In this document: positions 1 to 9,553 of the stretch, in pieces | Layout: each line of letters begins with the position of its first letter | How positions within the stretch are numbered: position 1 is the first letter of the stretch | DNA from: Spirochaetes bacterium GWE1_32_154 | GTDB taxonomy: Bacteria; Spirochaetota; GWE2-31-10 | Length of the DNA stretch: 64,000 nucleotides | Assembly: GCA_001829315.1 (NCBI GenBank) | Contig: MIAY01000010.1 | Location: forward strand, 20,871 to 84,870 | Reading direction: 5' to 3' | Made by a program: the position numbers and the translations under genes | The notes under the pieces: generated by a model | Database searches by the model: none | Seen by the model: the letters and a program-made list of their open reading frames with translations, nothing else | Told to the model about the DNA's origin: nothing

Positions 1-83
1 ATTATTAATGCAATACGGATTCCGCTAATTTCTTTATTCTGAATTAATTGCTCAGTCTTTAGTAACATACTACGTAATTATCC

Positions 84-2402
84 TTATTTTGAAGTTAAAA
101 CCCACGTACCGTCCCATCCTGCTTGTGGCGGATTGTTCTTAAAATGTTCACAACGTTCTAAATACACCTTTGACGGATTTGATTTGTTATTTGGAAATCG
201 TTCAATTTTTGCAGCTTCAGTAAATTTGTTAATTGACTCATCCCATTCACGACTTAAGTAATGTTTTAATGCTTCTCTATAAATAACAAATAATTTTTTC
301 TCTTTATCAGTCAGTTGCCCTTTTTCTGCAACAACTTCATAAACGATAACCGGTTCAGATTTTCCGACAACTACTATTTTATCAATATACCGGTATTCTA
401 AAAAGTCACCGACTTTATGTTTATTGCCCTGTTCATCGGTAAATATATAATTTATCGTAAATTCACTAACAAGGGTGAATACACCATATTGTTTTGCACC
501 GGCTTCAAGTCGTGCTGCAAGATTAACCGAATCTCCCATCATAGTGTAGTTCATTCGTGTGGCACTTCCCATATTTCCGACAACAATTTCACCGGTATTA
601 ACACCGATTCTCATCATCATATCATGAACAATCATTGGCCACTTGTCTCCATCCGCCCATTGAGCAGGAGGCAGGTTTTTTACATTTCTATCAGGTTCGT
701 CAGGGTTTTTCTTTTCCAGTGCCCATTTATCCCGGAGATCTAAAAGTTTATTTTGCATTCTAATAGCAGCTATACACGCTTTTAACGGGTGATCCGGTAC
801 ATCAAGAGGGGCTCCAAAAAATGAAATGATAGCATCACCTTCATATTTATCAAGTGTTCCCATATTCCCAAGAAGAATATCGGTCATTGCGGATAAATAT
901 TCATTTAACAACTCTACAAGCTGAACCGCTGTTAATTTCTCGGAAAATGTAGAAAAACCCTGAATATCGGTGAAATATGCTGTAATTTGCTTTGATTCAC
1001 CACCAAGTGTTGGCATTGTTTTATTCTCAAACATTCTGTCAATAAGTTCTGGTGCAAGGTATGAACCGAATGTTGCTTTAAGAAATTTCTTATCATTGGC
1101 TTCTGTTAATGACAGATACGCTAAAGAACCGAGGTAACTTATTACACTTATAATAATTGTATATGCCATATCAAGAACAACACCTTTAAATTTAAAGAGA
1201 AGAAGTGCTACAATAATATAGATGATAATGTAACTGAATCCGATAATATTTTTGAGATAACTGTTTTTTATGAAAGTCGTTAAAATAACAATAAGCACTA
1301 TACTTAAAAGCATTGAAATCAGACTTAATGATGCAGGTAATCTGTATAGAAATTGCTTTTCCAGGATATTACTTATAGCACATATGTGTATATATGGACC
1401 AGCGATTATCCCGGTAGGCGAAACTTTAATGTCTTTTAAACCGGCTGCAGAAGAACCAAGAACAACAATTTTGTCTTTAAATTCCTCAAGAGGAACTAAT
1501 GGTTTTTCACCTTTCATAAACTGATCCATAGATTTTATGATACTTGCTGCCGTTCTGGTTTCAAGTAATTCGGTCGATTTGTAAAAATTGATCGGCATAT
1601 CACCTTTTTTATCAAGCTGTATCGATATTTTTCCAATATCTGATTTATTGATAATTAAATTATTTTTAGTTATTTCGATGTCCTGAGCATTTATTTTTTT
1701 TGTAATTGCTTTTAATGCAAGTAACGGGAAATACGTATTTTCATATTTAACAAATAACTTTGATTTTCTTGAAACACCATCAGCATCTTCATCATGATTA
1801 ACAGAATGAAGATTTGTTGCTTCAATATATAAAGGATCAAATGGTTTAATTATAGAATTAAATTTTTTCTCCTTAACTGTTGATTTTGCATCATTTATTT
1901 TAATTTCAAAGTTGTTACTGAAAGATTCTGGTATTTTTTCAGTTGATGATATTCTATCATCATAATTAAATAATACAGCATGGCTTATATTATCATAATA
2001 TGAAGCTGCACTAGTTAATTCAATATCTTCATTTGGTATTTCTTCTGCTGGTGATTTTGGTGAATATTGAGGATAAAGAACATCAAATAAGAACATTGAC
2101 GGGTTACCTTGCATAATATAATCAACAATTGACCGTGAAATTATACCACCTCGTGGCCATGGCCAGCCTCCAATTTCAGATGACATGGCTTCAAGTGATT
2201 CTTCATTTATGTCTATAAAGATTATTTCTTTAGAAGGTTTGTTATTCTGATTAAAAAATGAGAATCTGAAATCAAGCAGTTTGTTTTCAAAGATATCAAG
2301 GGTACCGGTAATAAAGAATAATGAAATAAAAAAAGATAAACTTAGAATAAATACAACAGAGAACGAGGCTTTAGGATTGAGGGCGAATTTTTTTTTGCTC
2401 AT
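84..2402 (-). CDS. Sensor adenylate/guanylate cyclase (class III) with an N-terminal CHASE2-like extracytoplasmic domain and TM segments
   Basis: 772-aa ORF. C-terminal cyclase homology domain motifs are present (FTDIQGFS, GDAIISFFGAP, RIGVNTGEIVVGNMGS). A hydrophobic block lies mid-protein. The start carries an A9 run (MSKKKF). Confidence 0.85.
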   Translation of the reverse strand: MSKKKFALNPKASFSVVFILSLSFFISLFFITGTLDIFENKLLDFRFSFFNQNNKPSKEIIFIDINEESLEAMSSEIGGWPWPRGGIISRSIVDYIMQGNPSMFLFDVLYPQYSPKSPAEEIPNEDIELTSAASYYDNISHAVLFNYDDRISSTEKIPESFSNNFEIKINDAKSTVKEKKFNSIIKPFDPLYIEATNLHSVNHDEDADGVSRKSKLFVKYENTYFPLLALKAITKKINAQDIEITKNNLIINKSDIGKISIQLDKKGDMPINFYKSTELLETRTAASIIKSMDQFMKGEKPLVPLEEFKDKIVVLGSSAAGLKDIKVSPTGIIAGPYIHICAISNILEKQFLYRLPASLSLISMLLSIVLIVILTTFIKNSYLKNIIGFSYIIIYIIVALLLFKFKGVVLDMAYTIIISVISYLGSLAYLSLTEANDKKFLKATFGSYLAPELIDRMFENKTMPTLGGESKQITAYFTDIQGFSTFSEKLTAVQLVELLNEYLSAMTDILLGNMGTLDKYEGDAIISFFGAPLDVPDHPLKACIAAIRMQNKLLDLRDKWALEKKNPDEPDRNVKNLPPAQWADGDKWPMIVHDMMMRIGVNTGEIVVGNMGSATRMNYTMMGDSVNLAARLEAGAKQYGVFTLVSEFTINYIFTDEQGNKHKVGDFLEYRYIDKIVVVGKSEPVIVYEVVAEKGQLTDKEKKLFVIYREALKHYLSREWDESINKFTEAAKIERFPNNKSNPSKVYLERCEHFKNNPPQAGWDGTWVLTSK

Positions 2403-2430
2403 TTACACATCCTTACATACAATATTATAG

Positions 2431-2486
2431 GAAGCCTTATGCAAAAACTCGAGATAAAAAAAGAGTATTTTTGCGAGAGGCTATAG
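2431..2486 (+). repeat. Copy A of the ~55-bp dispersed palindromic intergenic repeat (gaagcc-ttatgcaaaaactcgagataaaaaaagagtatttttgcgagaggctatag)
   Basis: Near-identical to copies at 6603, 10672 (reverse complement) and 16117. Core is ttgcaaaaa-N16-tttttgcaa. Confidence 0.8.
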
Positions 2487-2518
2487 TATTATAAATAAAA
2501 ATGAAAAATAATCAATAG

Positions 2519-2562
2519 GCTCTCATACAAAAAATTATTTTAATAGTTTTTTGTATGAGAGC
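2519..2562 (-). terminator. Rho-independent terminator hairpin (16-bp stem gctctcatacaaaaaa / ttttttgtatgagagc) downstream of ctpA
   Basis: Perfect 16-bp inverted repeat with a 12-nt loop. On the minus strand it is followed by a T-rich run. The stem sequence is related to the left arm of the dispersed intergenic repeat. Confidence 0.55.
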
Positions 2563-2580
2563 GTTTGTCAGACCGTTATT

Positions 2581-3993
2581 CTATTTCTTTATAGAATATT
2601 TTGTATCTGTGTTGATAATTTTATTATTATCTAATAAATCAAGTGCGGTTTTAAGTTGGATATCATATTCAAGATCAAATATCGGTGCACCATCTTTTCC
2701 GTAACTTGAAGCGTTTTTAATAAGTCTTCGTAAATAGTTATCAGATAATGCATACCCTTTATTCTGTATCTCTTTAATGAATTTAACTGTCATTTCATCA
2801 GAAATGTCACTTTTATCTTTTACAATATCATCAATCACTTTGTTTTTATATAATTTTCGTAATGTTTCTTTTTCATCGTCAGTAAGTTCAGGTTCTTTAA
2901 TTTCAATATCCGGTGTAATACCTACTCCGTGAATTGAAATGCCTGATGGGGTGTAATATTTTGCAGTTGTCATTTTAAAGCCATCTGAACCGTCACCCAT
3001 GAGTTGTATACTTTGAACTGAGCCTTTTCCAAAACTTTTCTCACCGACTAAAATACCCCGTTTATTATCCTTCATAGCACCTGCGAATATTTCTGAAGCA
3101 CTTGCAGAACCGCCGTCAATAAGTACAACAACAGGAATATTTCCTTTAATCATAGTGCTGAATTTATTAGATTTAGTTATCGTTTCTTCATTGAGCCTTC
3201 TGCCCTTTACTGATACAATGACACCTTCATCCTGAAACAGATCAATTATATTGATAACACTATCTAATAAACCGCCCGGGTTCATTCGTAAATCGACAAT
3301 GAAACCTTGAACATTTTTGGTATTTAATTTCGCAATTGCTTCTTTCACATGTTCAAAAGTAGTACCTGAGAATTGAGTAATTCGTAAGTAACCCCATTTG
3401 TTGTTGATTACGTCAGATTTAACCGTAGGAACATCAATTAATGCCCTGATTATTTCTACTTCGTATTTTATTTCATCCCGTAGAAACTCGACTTTAACAC
3501 CGGTTCCCGGAACCCCTTTTAATCTTTTTGCAGCTTCACCGACAGTTACACCTTTTAATGTTTCACCGTCAACACTGATTAAAAGATCACCCGTTTTCAT
3601 GCCTTTACGGAATGCAGGAGTATCTTCAATTGGTGACACAACACCGATATACCCGTCTTTTTCAGTTATAATCATACCAACGCCACCAAAAGTACCGGTG
3701 GAAGTGGTTCTCATTTCAGTCATTTCATCAGGGCTTAAATATTGAGTATAAGGGTCGCCTAATGCTTCAAGCATTCCTTTTATAGCTCCATTAACAAGGG
3801 CTAAATCATCAGTTTTTTCAGAATCAACAAAATCTGTTTTGATTGAATTATAAACAGACATAAACTTTTGCATATAAGGAAAAGGTTGCCCGAAACTTCC
3901 TGCTGACGCACTATTAACAAATATTACAAATAAGCCGGTGGAAAGCAATATGCTTACCGTAGCAATCCAGATAAATCGTTCGCTTTTTTTCAT
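2581..3993 (-). CDS. ctpA: Carboxyl-terminal processing protease (S41 family, Ctp/Prc-like) with PDZ domain, secreted
   Basis: Signal peptide present, PDZ-like block (GDLLISVDGETLKGVTVGEAAKRLKG), S41 catalytic region (GGSASASEIFAGAM). An AAGGAG ribosome-binding site lies 11 nt upstream of the ATG at 3993; the ORF-track start at 3999 is a TTG. Confidence 0.85.
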   Translation of the reverse strand: MKKSERFIWIATVSILLSTGLFVIFVNSASAGSFGQPFPYMQKFMSVYNSIKTDFVDSEKTDDLALVNGAIKGMLEALGDPYTQYLSPDEMTEMRTTSTGTFGGVGMIITEKDGYIGVVSPIEDTPAFRKGMKTGDLLISVDGETLKGVTVGEAAKRLKGVPGTGVKVEFLRDEIKYEVEIIRALIDVPTVKSDVINNKWGYLRITQFSGTTFEHVKEAIAKLNTKNVQGFIVDLRMNPGGLLDSVINIIDLFQDEGVIVSVKGRRLNEETITKSNKFSTMIKGNIPVVVLIDGGSASASEIFAGAMKDNKRGILVGEKSFGKGSVQSIQLMGDGSDGFKMTTAKYYTPSGISIHGVGITPDIEIKEPELTDDEKETLRKLYKNKVIDDIVKDKSDISDEMTVKFIKEIQNKGYALSDNYLRRLIKNASSYGKDGAPIFDLEYDIQLKTALDLLDNNKIINTDTKYSIKK

Positions 3994-4073
3994 AACCAAT
4001 ACATCTCCTTAATGAGGGCAATTCTAAAAATCACACTACTTTACTACAATTATTTATAAATTCAAATACCAAA

Positions 4074-4325
4074 CTATTTTTTAAACCAATTTTCGATTAT
4101 TTCACGATTATTTTTTACAATTTCAAAAAGGTCATCAATTTGTGAAATATTCATGGTCACACCTTTTTTTGTCGGTTTCCACTCTCCATTATCGTTATAA
4201 TGTTTTCTGATATCAAGATATTTGTAATTTTTAAACTCGGAAAGTGTGATAAAAATCGGTTCTTTTATACCTTGTGAATCATTTTCATCGATACCGATTT
4301 TACCGAGTAATTGAGAGTTTTCCAT
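4074..4325 (-). CDS. Small PC4/YdbC-like ssDNA-binding protein (transcriptional coactivator p15 fold), tentative
   Basis: 83 aa. Pattern ...ITLSEFKNYKYLDIRKHY...GEWKPTKKGVTMN...DDLFEIV resembles bacterial PC4 homologues. Its 3' end overlaps purN by 26 nt. Confidence 0.45.
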   Translation of the reverse strand: MENSQLLGKIGIDENDSQGIKEPIFITLSEFKNYKYLDIRKHYNDNGEWKPTKKGVTMNISQIDDLFEIVKNNREIIENWFKK

Positions 4326-4905
4326 TATTGTCTCCTTTTTTTTCTATAGTTCTGCAAATTTTTTCAATTACCACCGGGTAATTTTCGTATTCTATGTGAT
4401 GAATGAGTTTTTCTAAATCATCCACAGTTTTAGTTCTGTCAATAAGAATTGATTTTTGAAAAATGATTTCACCGTCATCAATTCTTTCATTTACAAAATG
4501 AATTGTAATACCTGTATATGTTGTATTTCCATTGTATGCCCGGGCAATGCTGTTTATTCCTTTGTACTCAGGCAGAAGTGACGGGTGGATATTAATAACC
4601 GGTATACCGGAGTGTTGAATAAATGACTGTGAAAGAATTCTCATAAAACCGGCTAAGACACAAAGTTGTATCTTTTCTTTTTGTATGATTTCCAGGATGT
4701 GTAACTCGGCATTTTCTTTACCAGAAGTTTTGTAATCAATAAATACAGTCGGGATATTTCTTTTTTCTGCAAGTAAAGTGCAAGGTGCATCTTTTTGATC
4801 AAAGATTAAAAGTTTCACAACACCGATGCCGGATGATGCAAAATACTGTGCGATATGATCGAAATTTGTTCCTTTTCCTGAGGCAAAAACTGCTATTGAA
4901 ACCAA
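4300..4905 (-). CDS. purN: Phosphoribosylglycinamide formyltransferase
   Basis: N-terminal AVFASGKGTNF motif and formyltransferase core (HPSLLP). 201 aa. Confidence 0.85.
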   Translation of the reverse strand: MVSIAVFASGKGTNFDHIAQYFASSGIGVVKLLIFDQKDAPCTLLAEKRNIPTVFIDYKTSGKENAELHILEIIQKEKIQLCVLAGFMRILSQSFIQHSGIPVINIHPSLLPEYKGINSIARAYNGNTTYTGITIHFVNERIDDGEIIFQKSILIDRTKTVDDLEKLIHHIEYENYPVVIEKICRTIEKKGDNNGKLSITR

Positions 4906-4917
4906 GAAAAACTCCCG

Positions 4918-6579
4918 TTATTTATGTGTCATTGTAGTCGTTCCATCCCAATCATCATCAGGAGGCGATGCTCTGAAAATTTTAATATCTTCTAAATACT
5001 TTGTGCTTAAAAAATCATTACCGCCAAGTTCATCTAATGACCGTATAAAGCACTTTTCGCTTTCATCCCATCTTTTTTCAAGAAAGAGTCGTACGCCCTG
5101 ATTGTATGTTGTCCAGGCTTTTTTCTGAACTGCGGTTAATTTCCGGGCAGGTTCGTAAATTTTAACCGGTTTAAATTTCCCTTTAACGCGGACTCTGTCA
5201 ATTTCACGAATGTAGAAGTAATCTTTTACCGCTTCGTACGTGCCCTCGGAAATAATTATCGGTGTATGATACTCTTTAGTTAAACCTTCAAGTCGTGATG
5301 CCAGGTTTACCGCATCCCCGATAACGGTATAATCCATCTTTTGTGACGTTCCAATATTTCCTACGGTAACAGGGCCGTAATTTATACCAATCCCGATATT
5401 AAATTCTTTTGTTCCGAGGCGTCTTTGTTCTGCATTAAATATTTCAAGAGAATCCATCATTTCAATCCCGGCAAGAACCGCTTGTTGAACATCATCATCA
5501 TAATGTTTAGGCGCTCCAAAGATTGCCATAATAGCATCCCCGATATATTTATCAATAACACCTTTTCTTTTATAAATAATATTTACCATATTAGTAAAAT
5601 AACGATTTAATGATTCAACGAGTTTTTCCGGGGTCATAGACTCTGAAATGGTTGTAAAACTTCGTATATCAGAAAAGAGAACGGTAAGGTTTGCATTTTT
5701 ACCAATTAACGCCTGATCAGGATTTTGAACTATTTCATTTACGACATCCTGAGGTACATATTTCTGGAACATTAATTTAATTCGTTCTTCTTTTTTTTGA
5801 GATAAGACGGTTTTAAAAGCGTATTCTTTAATTGTATTATGTGCATTACTTAATTCTTCAAGCATATTATTGAATGTAAAACCCATTTCACCAATTTCGT
5901 CATTATATTTAACTTCAACACGTTTAGATAAATCATTTAATTTTATTATATCATTCATCGCAACAACAATTTCATTCAATGGTTTCATGATAATTGTTAC
6001 AAAATAAAATAAAGTGACGATCATAACAAGAACACTTATGATAAAAATGAGCAGTGAATTCTGAAAGATTTTATTGGAATCATTATAAAATATAGAGGAA
6101 TATACTGATACAAGAAAGTAATAATCCCATTCGGTATAATATTTGTAATACCCGACTTTGTTCGTACCGGCACTTTTAAAAGAAATCCAGTTGGTATCTG
6201 ATGATTTTATCTGATTAAAAAAATCAATCTGACTGCCTGCCGGATAAAAAGAATCAGTTGATAATTGCACTGTTCCACGGGAATCAATAGCGATAAATGA
6301 TTCAATATCAGCTTTATTAATACTCGCTGCGTAATATTGAACGCTTTTTTTTACCTCATCCTGAAATGTCGGGTCATCTTTATATTCTGAGTTTTTCAGG
6401 TTATCAACTTCCGTATTAGCTTTCATAATTATCTGATTGATTTTATACCCGAGAAATTCTGATGCAACTTTTGTTATACCGGCTTTTGAAAAACCAACTG
6501 ACATCATTGTAAGAAATATTAAACTAACCGTTGATAAAGGTATAACAACCAGTAATATTTTGTATTTAACGCCGACCAC
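4918..6579 (-). CDS. Membrane sensor adenylate cyclase (class III) with periplasmic sensor, TM and HAMP domains
   Basis: TM segments at the N-terminus and mid-protein. HAMP-like linker present. Cyclase motifs: FSDIRSFT, GDAIMAIFGAP, GINYGPVTVGNIGT. Confidence 0.85.
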   Translation of the reverse strand: MVGVKYKILLVVIPLSTVSLIFLTMMSVGFSKAGITKVASEFLGYKINQIIMKANTEVDNLKNSEYKDDPTFQDEVKKSVQYYAASINKADIESFIAIDSRGTVQLSTDSFYPAGSQIDFFNQIKSSDTNWISFKSAGTNKVGYYKYYTEWDYYFLVSVYSSIFYNDSNKIFQNSLLIFIISVLVMIVTLFYFVTIIMKPLNEIVVAMNDIIKLNDLSKRVEVKYNDEIGEMGFTFNNMLEELSNAHNTIKEYAFKTVLSQKKEERIKLMFQKYVPQDVVNEIVQNPDQALIGKNANLTVLFSDIRSFTTISESMTPEKLVESLNRYFTNMVNIIYKRKGVIDKYIGDAIMAIFGAPKHYDDDVQQAVLAGIEMMDSLEIFNAEQRRLGTKEFNIGIGINYGPVTVGNIGTSQKMDYTVIGDAVNLASRLEGLTKEYHTPIIISEGTYEAVKDYFYIREIDRVRVKGKFKPVKIYEPARKLTAVQKKAWTTYNQGVRLFLEKRWDESEKCFIRSLDELGGNDFLSTKYLEDIKIFRASPPDDDWDGTTTMTHK

Positions 6580-6602
6580 AATACAACTCCGTAAATATTA
6601 AT

Positions 6603-6656
6603 GAAGCTCATGCAAAAAATTAAGATAAAAAAAGTGTTTTTTGTAAAAGACTCACC
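6603..6656 (+). repeat. Copy D of the dispersed palindromic intergenic repeat (gaagctcatgcaaaaaattaagataaaaaaagtgttttttgtaaaagactcacc)
   Basis: About 80% identical to copy A over about 54 bp. Sits between the adenylate cyclase start and the stop of the small gene. Confidence 0.7.
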
Positions 6657-6861
6657 GTAAATCAGATATATTAAATTTTGCTTCTAAATAATCATCAATA
6701 GCTTTATCGTCAATGTAACCTTTTTCGATAGCTATTTGTCCGAAAAGTTTATCAGGAGTAATTTCTTTGAGTTTAATGATTTCTTCCATTTGTTTTCTTG
6801 TCATTGCTTCTATGCGTACAAGAAACTCACCTATTTTTTCTCCCTGATACATTTCCTTCAT
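6652..6861 (-). CDS. Small hypothetical protein (69 aa, acidic, helical)
   Basis: ORF only; no recognisable motif. Lies immediately upstream, on the same strand, of the HAMP adenylate cyclase. Confidence 0.4.
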   Translation of the reverse strand: MKEMYQGEKIGEFLVRIEAMTRKQMEEIIKLKEITPDKLFGQIAIEKGYIDDKAIDDYLEAKFNISDLR

Positions 6862-7055
6862 AACTTCTCCAAAAGTATTTAATTAAGAGGATTATAAAAT
6901 AATCTATTAAGAGACTCTTAACTTTAAAAGATAGTTTTAGACAATTAATATATTACATTATAATTCATAAATTGTAAAATATTAAGTAATAATCTTTTTT
7001 ATTGTACAAATAATGTATTATAAGTTACAATTTACAAAAAATAGTGGAGTAATGT

Positions 7056-8555
7056 ATGAGTCTCAGAGTTTTTATATTTTGTTTTTTATTTGTATTAACA
7101 GCTTTTTACGGGGAAGAGGATAAGGAAATCAAGGTTTTATTTACCGGCAATACTCATGGTTATTCAGAACGGTTTACTGATAAAGATGGAACATTAAAAG
7201 GTGGAGCTGCTGCCAGAAAGACAGTTATTGATTCTGTTACAGGTGATTTAAAAAGAACAGATATACTATTACTTGATGCCGGCGGTTTTGTGAACGGGAC
7301 TCCTCAGTCAATTTTCACGAACGGGAAAGCCGAAATCAGTGCTTTAAATCAATTAGGGTATGATGCAGTCGGTGTCGGTTTTACAGAAATAATGGACTCT
7401 TTTAAAGATTTCAGTGCTTATAATAAAGAATCCCGCTTTTATTTTATAAGTTCAAATATACAGGCTAAAAAAAAAGGTATTGCGGAATCATATTATGTCA
7501 AAACAATTAATGGCGTTAAAGTTGCAGTTGTTTCATTTGTGAGAGAAGAACTAATTACTGCAATGAGTAGCGTTGCACAAAAAGATTTTAATATTGATGA
7601 TCCTTATAATACAGCAATGGAACTGGTTACTGCAATAAAAAATAAAGAAAACCCCTCAGTTATAATAGCACTTACTTCTATGGGGTATAATGAAAAAGAT
7701 AGTATTTCAGGGGTGGTACGGTTGGCTGCATCTGTACCCGACATAGATATTATCATTGAAGCTGATAGTTGTTTAACGGGAAATGAAACTTTTACAAAAG
7801 GAAAAACTCATATTGTAACAACGGGGGAGAAGGGGGTATTTCTTGGCGAGTTAAAGATTTTTCTACAAAATAATACTGTTTCTTCTGTTCATCCGAAATA
7901 CCATTTAATTGATGAGTCAGTTGAAGAGGATAGTTCAATTAAAAATAAATTAGCTTCTATAACAAAAAATTATGCTAAATCTCTTGAAAAGAGAGTGGCG
8001 ACATTGAAAAATGGTACACTTTCTTCAGCGGGAAGAATGGAAAAACTCACCACTTTAACTTCTGTTGTAACCGATGCGGTTGTTTCTGAGACAGCCGTTG
8101 ATATTTGTTTTATTAATGCGGGTTTTTTTGCAGATGCTGAATTGTATGAAGGCAAGATTATTAATTATGATACATTTAATGAAGCAATTAAATTTGATAA
8201 TGCAGTTGTTTTACTTAATATTACCGGAAAAGAGTTAAGCGAAATATTTGAATACTCATTTAACAGAATCGGATATGGAAATTTTCTTTTATATAGTGGT
8301 GCTCAAGTAGATTATAATGCAGAGTCTAAAGTTGTTGAAGCTATACGAATAAAAGATCAGAATATTGCTGATGCTAAAATCTACAAAGTTGCAATAACTG
8401 ATTATCTGGCAAATGGCGGGGATGGATATGAATTGTTCAAAAAAAATAGTACAAAAATCAATACGCATATTCCGGTTAGCATACTGCTTGGCCGTTATCT
8501 TACCACTTTAAAATCTATTAACGCTATTGCGCCGAATGGCTTAATTATAAAATAA
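7056..8555 (+). CDS. Secreted bifunctional metallophosphatase/5'-nucleotidase (UshA-like)
   Basis: Signal peptide present. N-terminal calcineurin-like phosphoesterase motifs (FTGNTHG, GNHE-like region) and a C-terminal 5'-nucleotidase domain. GGAG ribosome-binding site 7 nt upstream. Confidence 0.75.
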   Translation: MSLRVFIFCFLFVLTAFYGEEDKEIKVLFTGNTHGYSERFTDKDGTLKGGAAARKTVIDSVTGDLKRTDILLLDAGGFVNGTPQSIFTNGKAEISALNQLGYDAVGVGFTEIMDSFKDFSAYNKESRFYFISSNIQAKKKGIAESYYVKTINGVKVAVVSFVREELITAMSSVAQKDFNIDDPYNTAMELVTAIKNKENPSVIIALTSMGYNEKDSISGVVRLAASVPDIDIIIEADSCLTGNETFTKGKTHIVTTGEKGVFLGELKIFLQNNTVSSVHPKYHLIDESVEEDSSIKNKLASITKNYAKSLEKRVATLKNGTLSSAGRMEKLTTLTSVVTDAVVSETAVDICFINAGFFADAELYEGKIINYDTFNEAIKFDNAVVLLNITGKELSEIFEYSFNRIGYGNFLLYSGAQVDYNAESKVVEAIRIKDQNIADAKIYKVAITDYLANGGDGYELFKKNSTKINTHIPVSILLGRYLTTLKSINAIAPNGLIIK

Positions 8556-8572
8556 TATACGAGGAGATGTGT

Positions 8573-9553
8573 ATGAAAGAATTTAAATTACCTAATGGTT
8601 TTATTGTTAAACCTGTTCTTGCGATTGCTCTTGCAATAGGTTTATTGGGTGCCATCGGGGTATTTATGACGTTTTTTATTGTTGATCAGAAAGAACAGGG
8701 GGTTATTCTCCGGTTCGGAAAATTAAACAGACTGGTTGATCCCGGTTTGAATTTTAAACTTCCTTTCGGGATTGAAAAAAGCTATCTTGTTCCTACTCAG
8801 GTTGTTCTTAAGGAAGAATTTGGTTTTAGAACATTAAGTTCGGGAAATGGGAGTACTCAATATTCACAAAATGATTTTCCTAATGAGTCTTCAATGTTAA
8901 CAGGTGATCTTAATATTGTTAATGTTGAATGGATTATTCAATACAGGATTTCAGATCCGGTACAATGGTTATTTAATGTTGATAATCCGATTCAGACAAT
9001 TCGCGATATTTCTCAATCAGTTGTTAATCAATTAATTGGAGATAGAGCAATTCTTGATGTTATCGGTGCTGAACGGGCAAACATCGAAGTTCATGGTCAG
9101 GATATGATGAATGTTTTGTTTGAAAAGTATGAGTTAGGTATACGGGTAACAACATTGAAATTACAGAATATTGTTCCACCAAAAGGAACGGTTCAAAATG
9201 CTTTTGAAGATGTTAATAAAGCGATACAGGATAGAAACAGGTTAATTAATGAAGGGAAACAAGTTTATAATGAACAAGTCCCGAAAGCAAAAGGGGAGTC
9301 CGAGGCATTTATTCAGGAAGCTAAGGGATATGCTATAGAAAGAACTAATAAAGCAGAAGGTGATGTAGCACGATTTATCAATGTTCTAAGTGAATATAAG
9401 AAAAATCCGGAAGTTACGAGAACGAGACTTTATTTTGAAATGTACGAAAATGTTTTTGTAAAAGATGAAAAAATTGATTTGATTGATAAAAATCTTAAAA
9501 ACTTCGTTCCATTTAAAACCTTAAATGATCAAACTGCAGGAGGAAGCAAATGA
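8573..9553 (+). CDS. hflK: HflK (band-7/SPFH protease modulator)
   Basis: N-terminal TM then SPFH domain (VDQKEQGVILRFGK). Paired with a downstream hflC that overlaps by 4 nt. The ATG at 8573 has GAGGAG 7 nt upstream. Confidence 0.85.
   Translation: MKEFKLPNGFIVKPVLAIALAIGLLGAIGVFMTFFIVDQKEQGVILRFGKLNRLVDPGLNFKLPFGIEKSYLVPTQVVLKEEFGFRTLSSGNGSTQYSQNDFPNESSMLTGDLNIVNVEWIIQYRISDPVQWLFNVDNPIQTIRDISQSVVNQLIGDRAILDVIGAERANIEVHGQDMMNVLFEKYELGIRVTTLKLQNIVPPKGTVQNAFEDVNKAIQDRNRLINEGKQVYNEQVPKAKGESEAFIQEAKGYAIERTNKAEGDVARFINVLSEYKKNPEVTRTRLYFEMYENVFVKDEKIDLIDKNLKNFVPFKTLNDQTAGGSK

Noticed and set aside
417-743. Plus-strand ORFs lying inside minus-strand genes. Examples: 417-743, 1270-1524, 3398-3745, 5425-5610, 7970-8155 (opposite strand), 11061-11318, 11508-11831, 15342-15638, 17137-17418, 20313-20510, 24836-25141, 26078-26269, 29234-29464, 35520-35750, 37383-37691, 38175-38387, 39993-40387, 41121-41372, 46863-47399, 49786-49992, 50659-51192, 53562-53818, 54408-54683, 55100-55300, 55784-56008, 57156-57672, 59748-60157, 60144-60607, 62495-62677 and 63280-63465.
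   Set aside because: Each is embedded in, or antisense to, a much longer ORF with clear domain homology. They have odd composition and no ribosome-binding site, and are treated as shadow ORFs.
2385-2395. A9 or T9 homopolymers (2386-2394 at the cyclase start, 22180-22190, 53165-53175, 36610-36620) as phase-variation switches.
   Set aside because: Poly-A/T runs of 8-10 are expected by chance in a roughly 30% GC genome. Only the G7 and G6 tracts in the lipoprotein genes are statistically notable.
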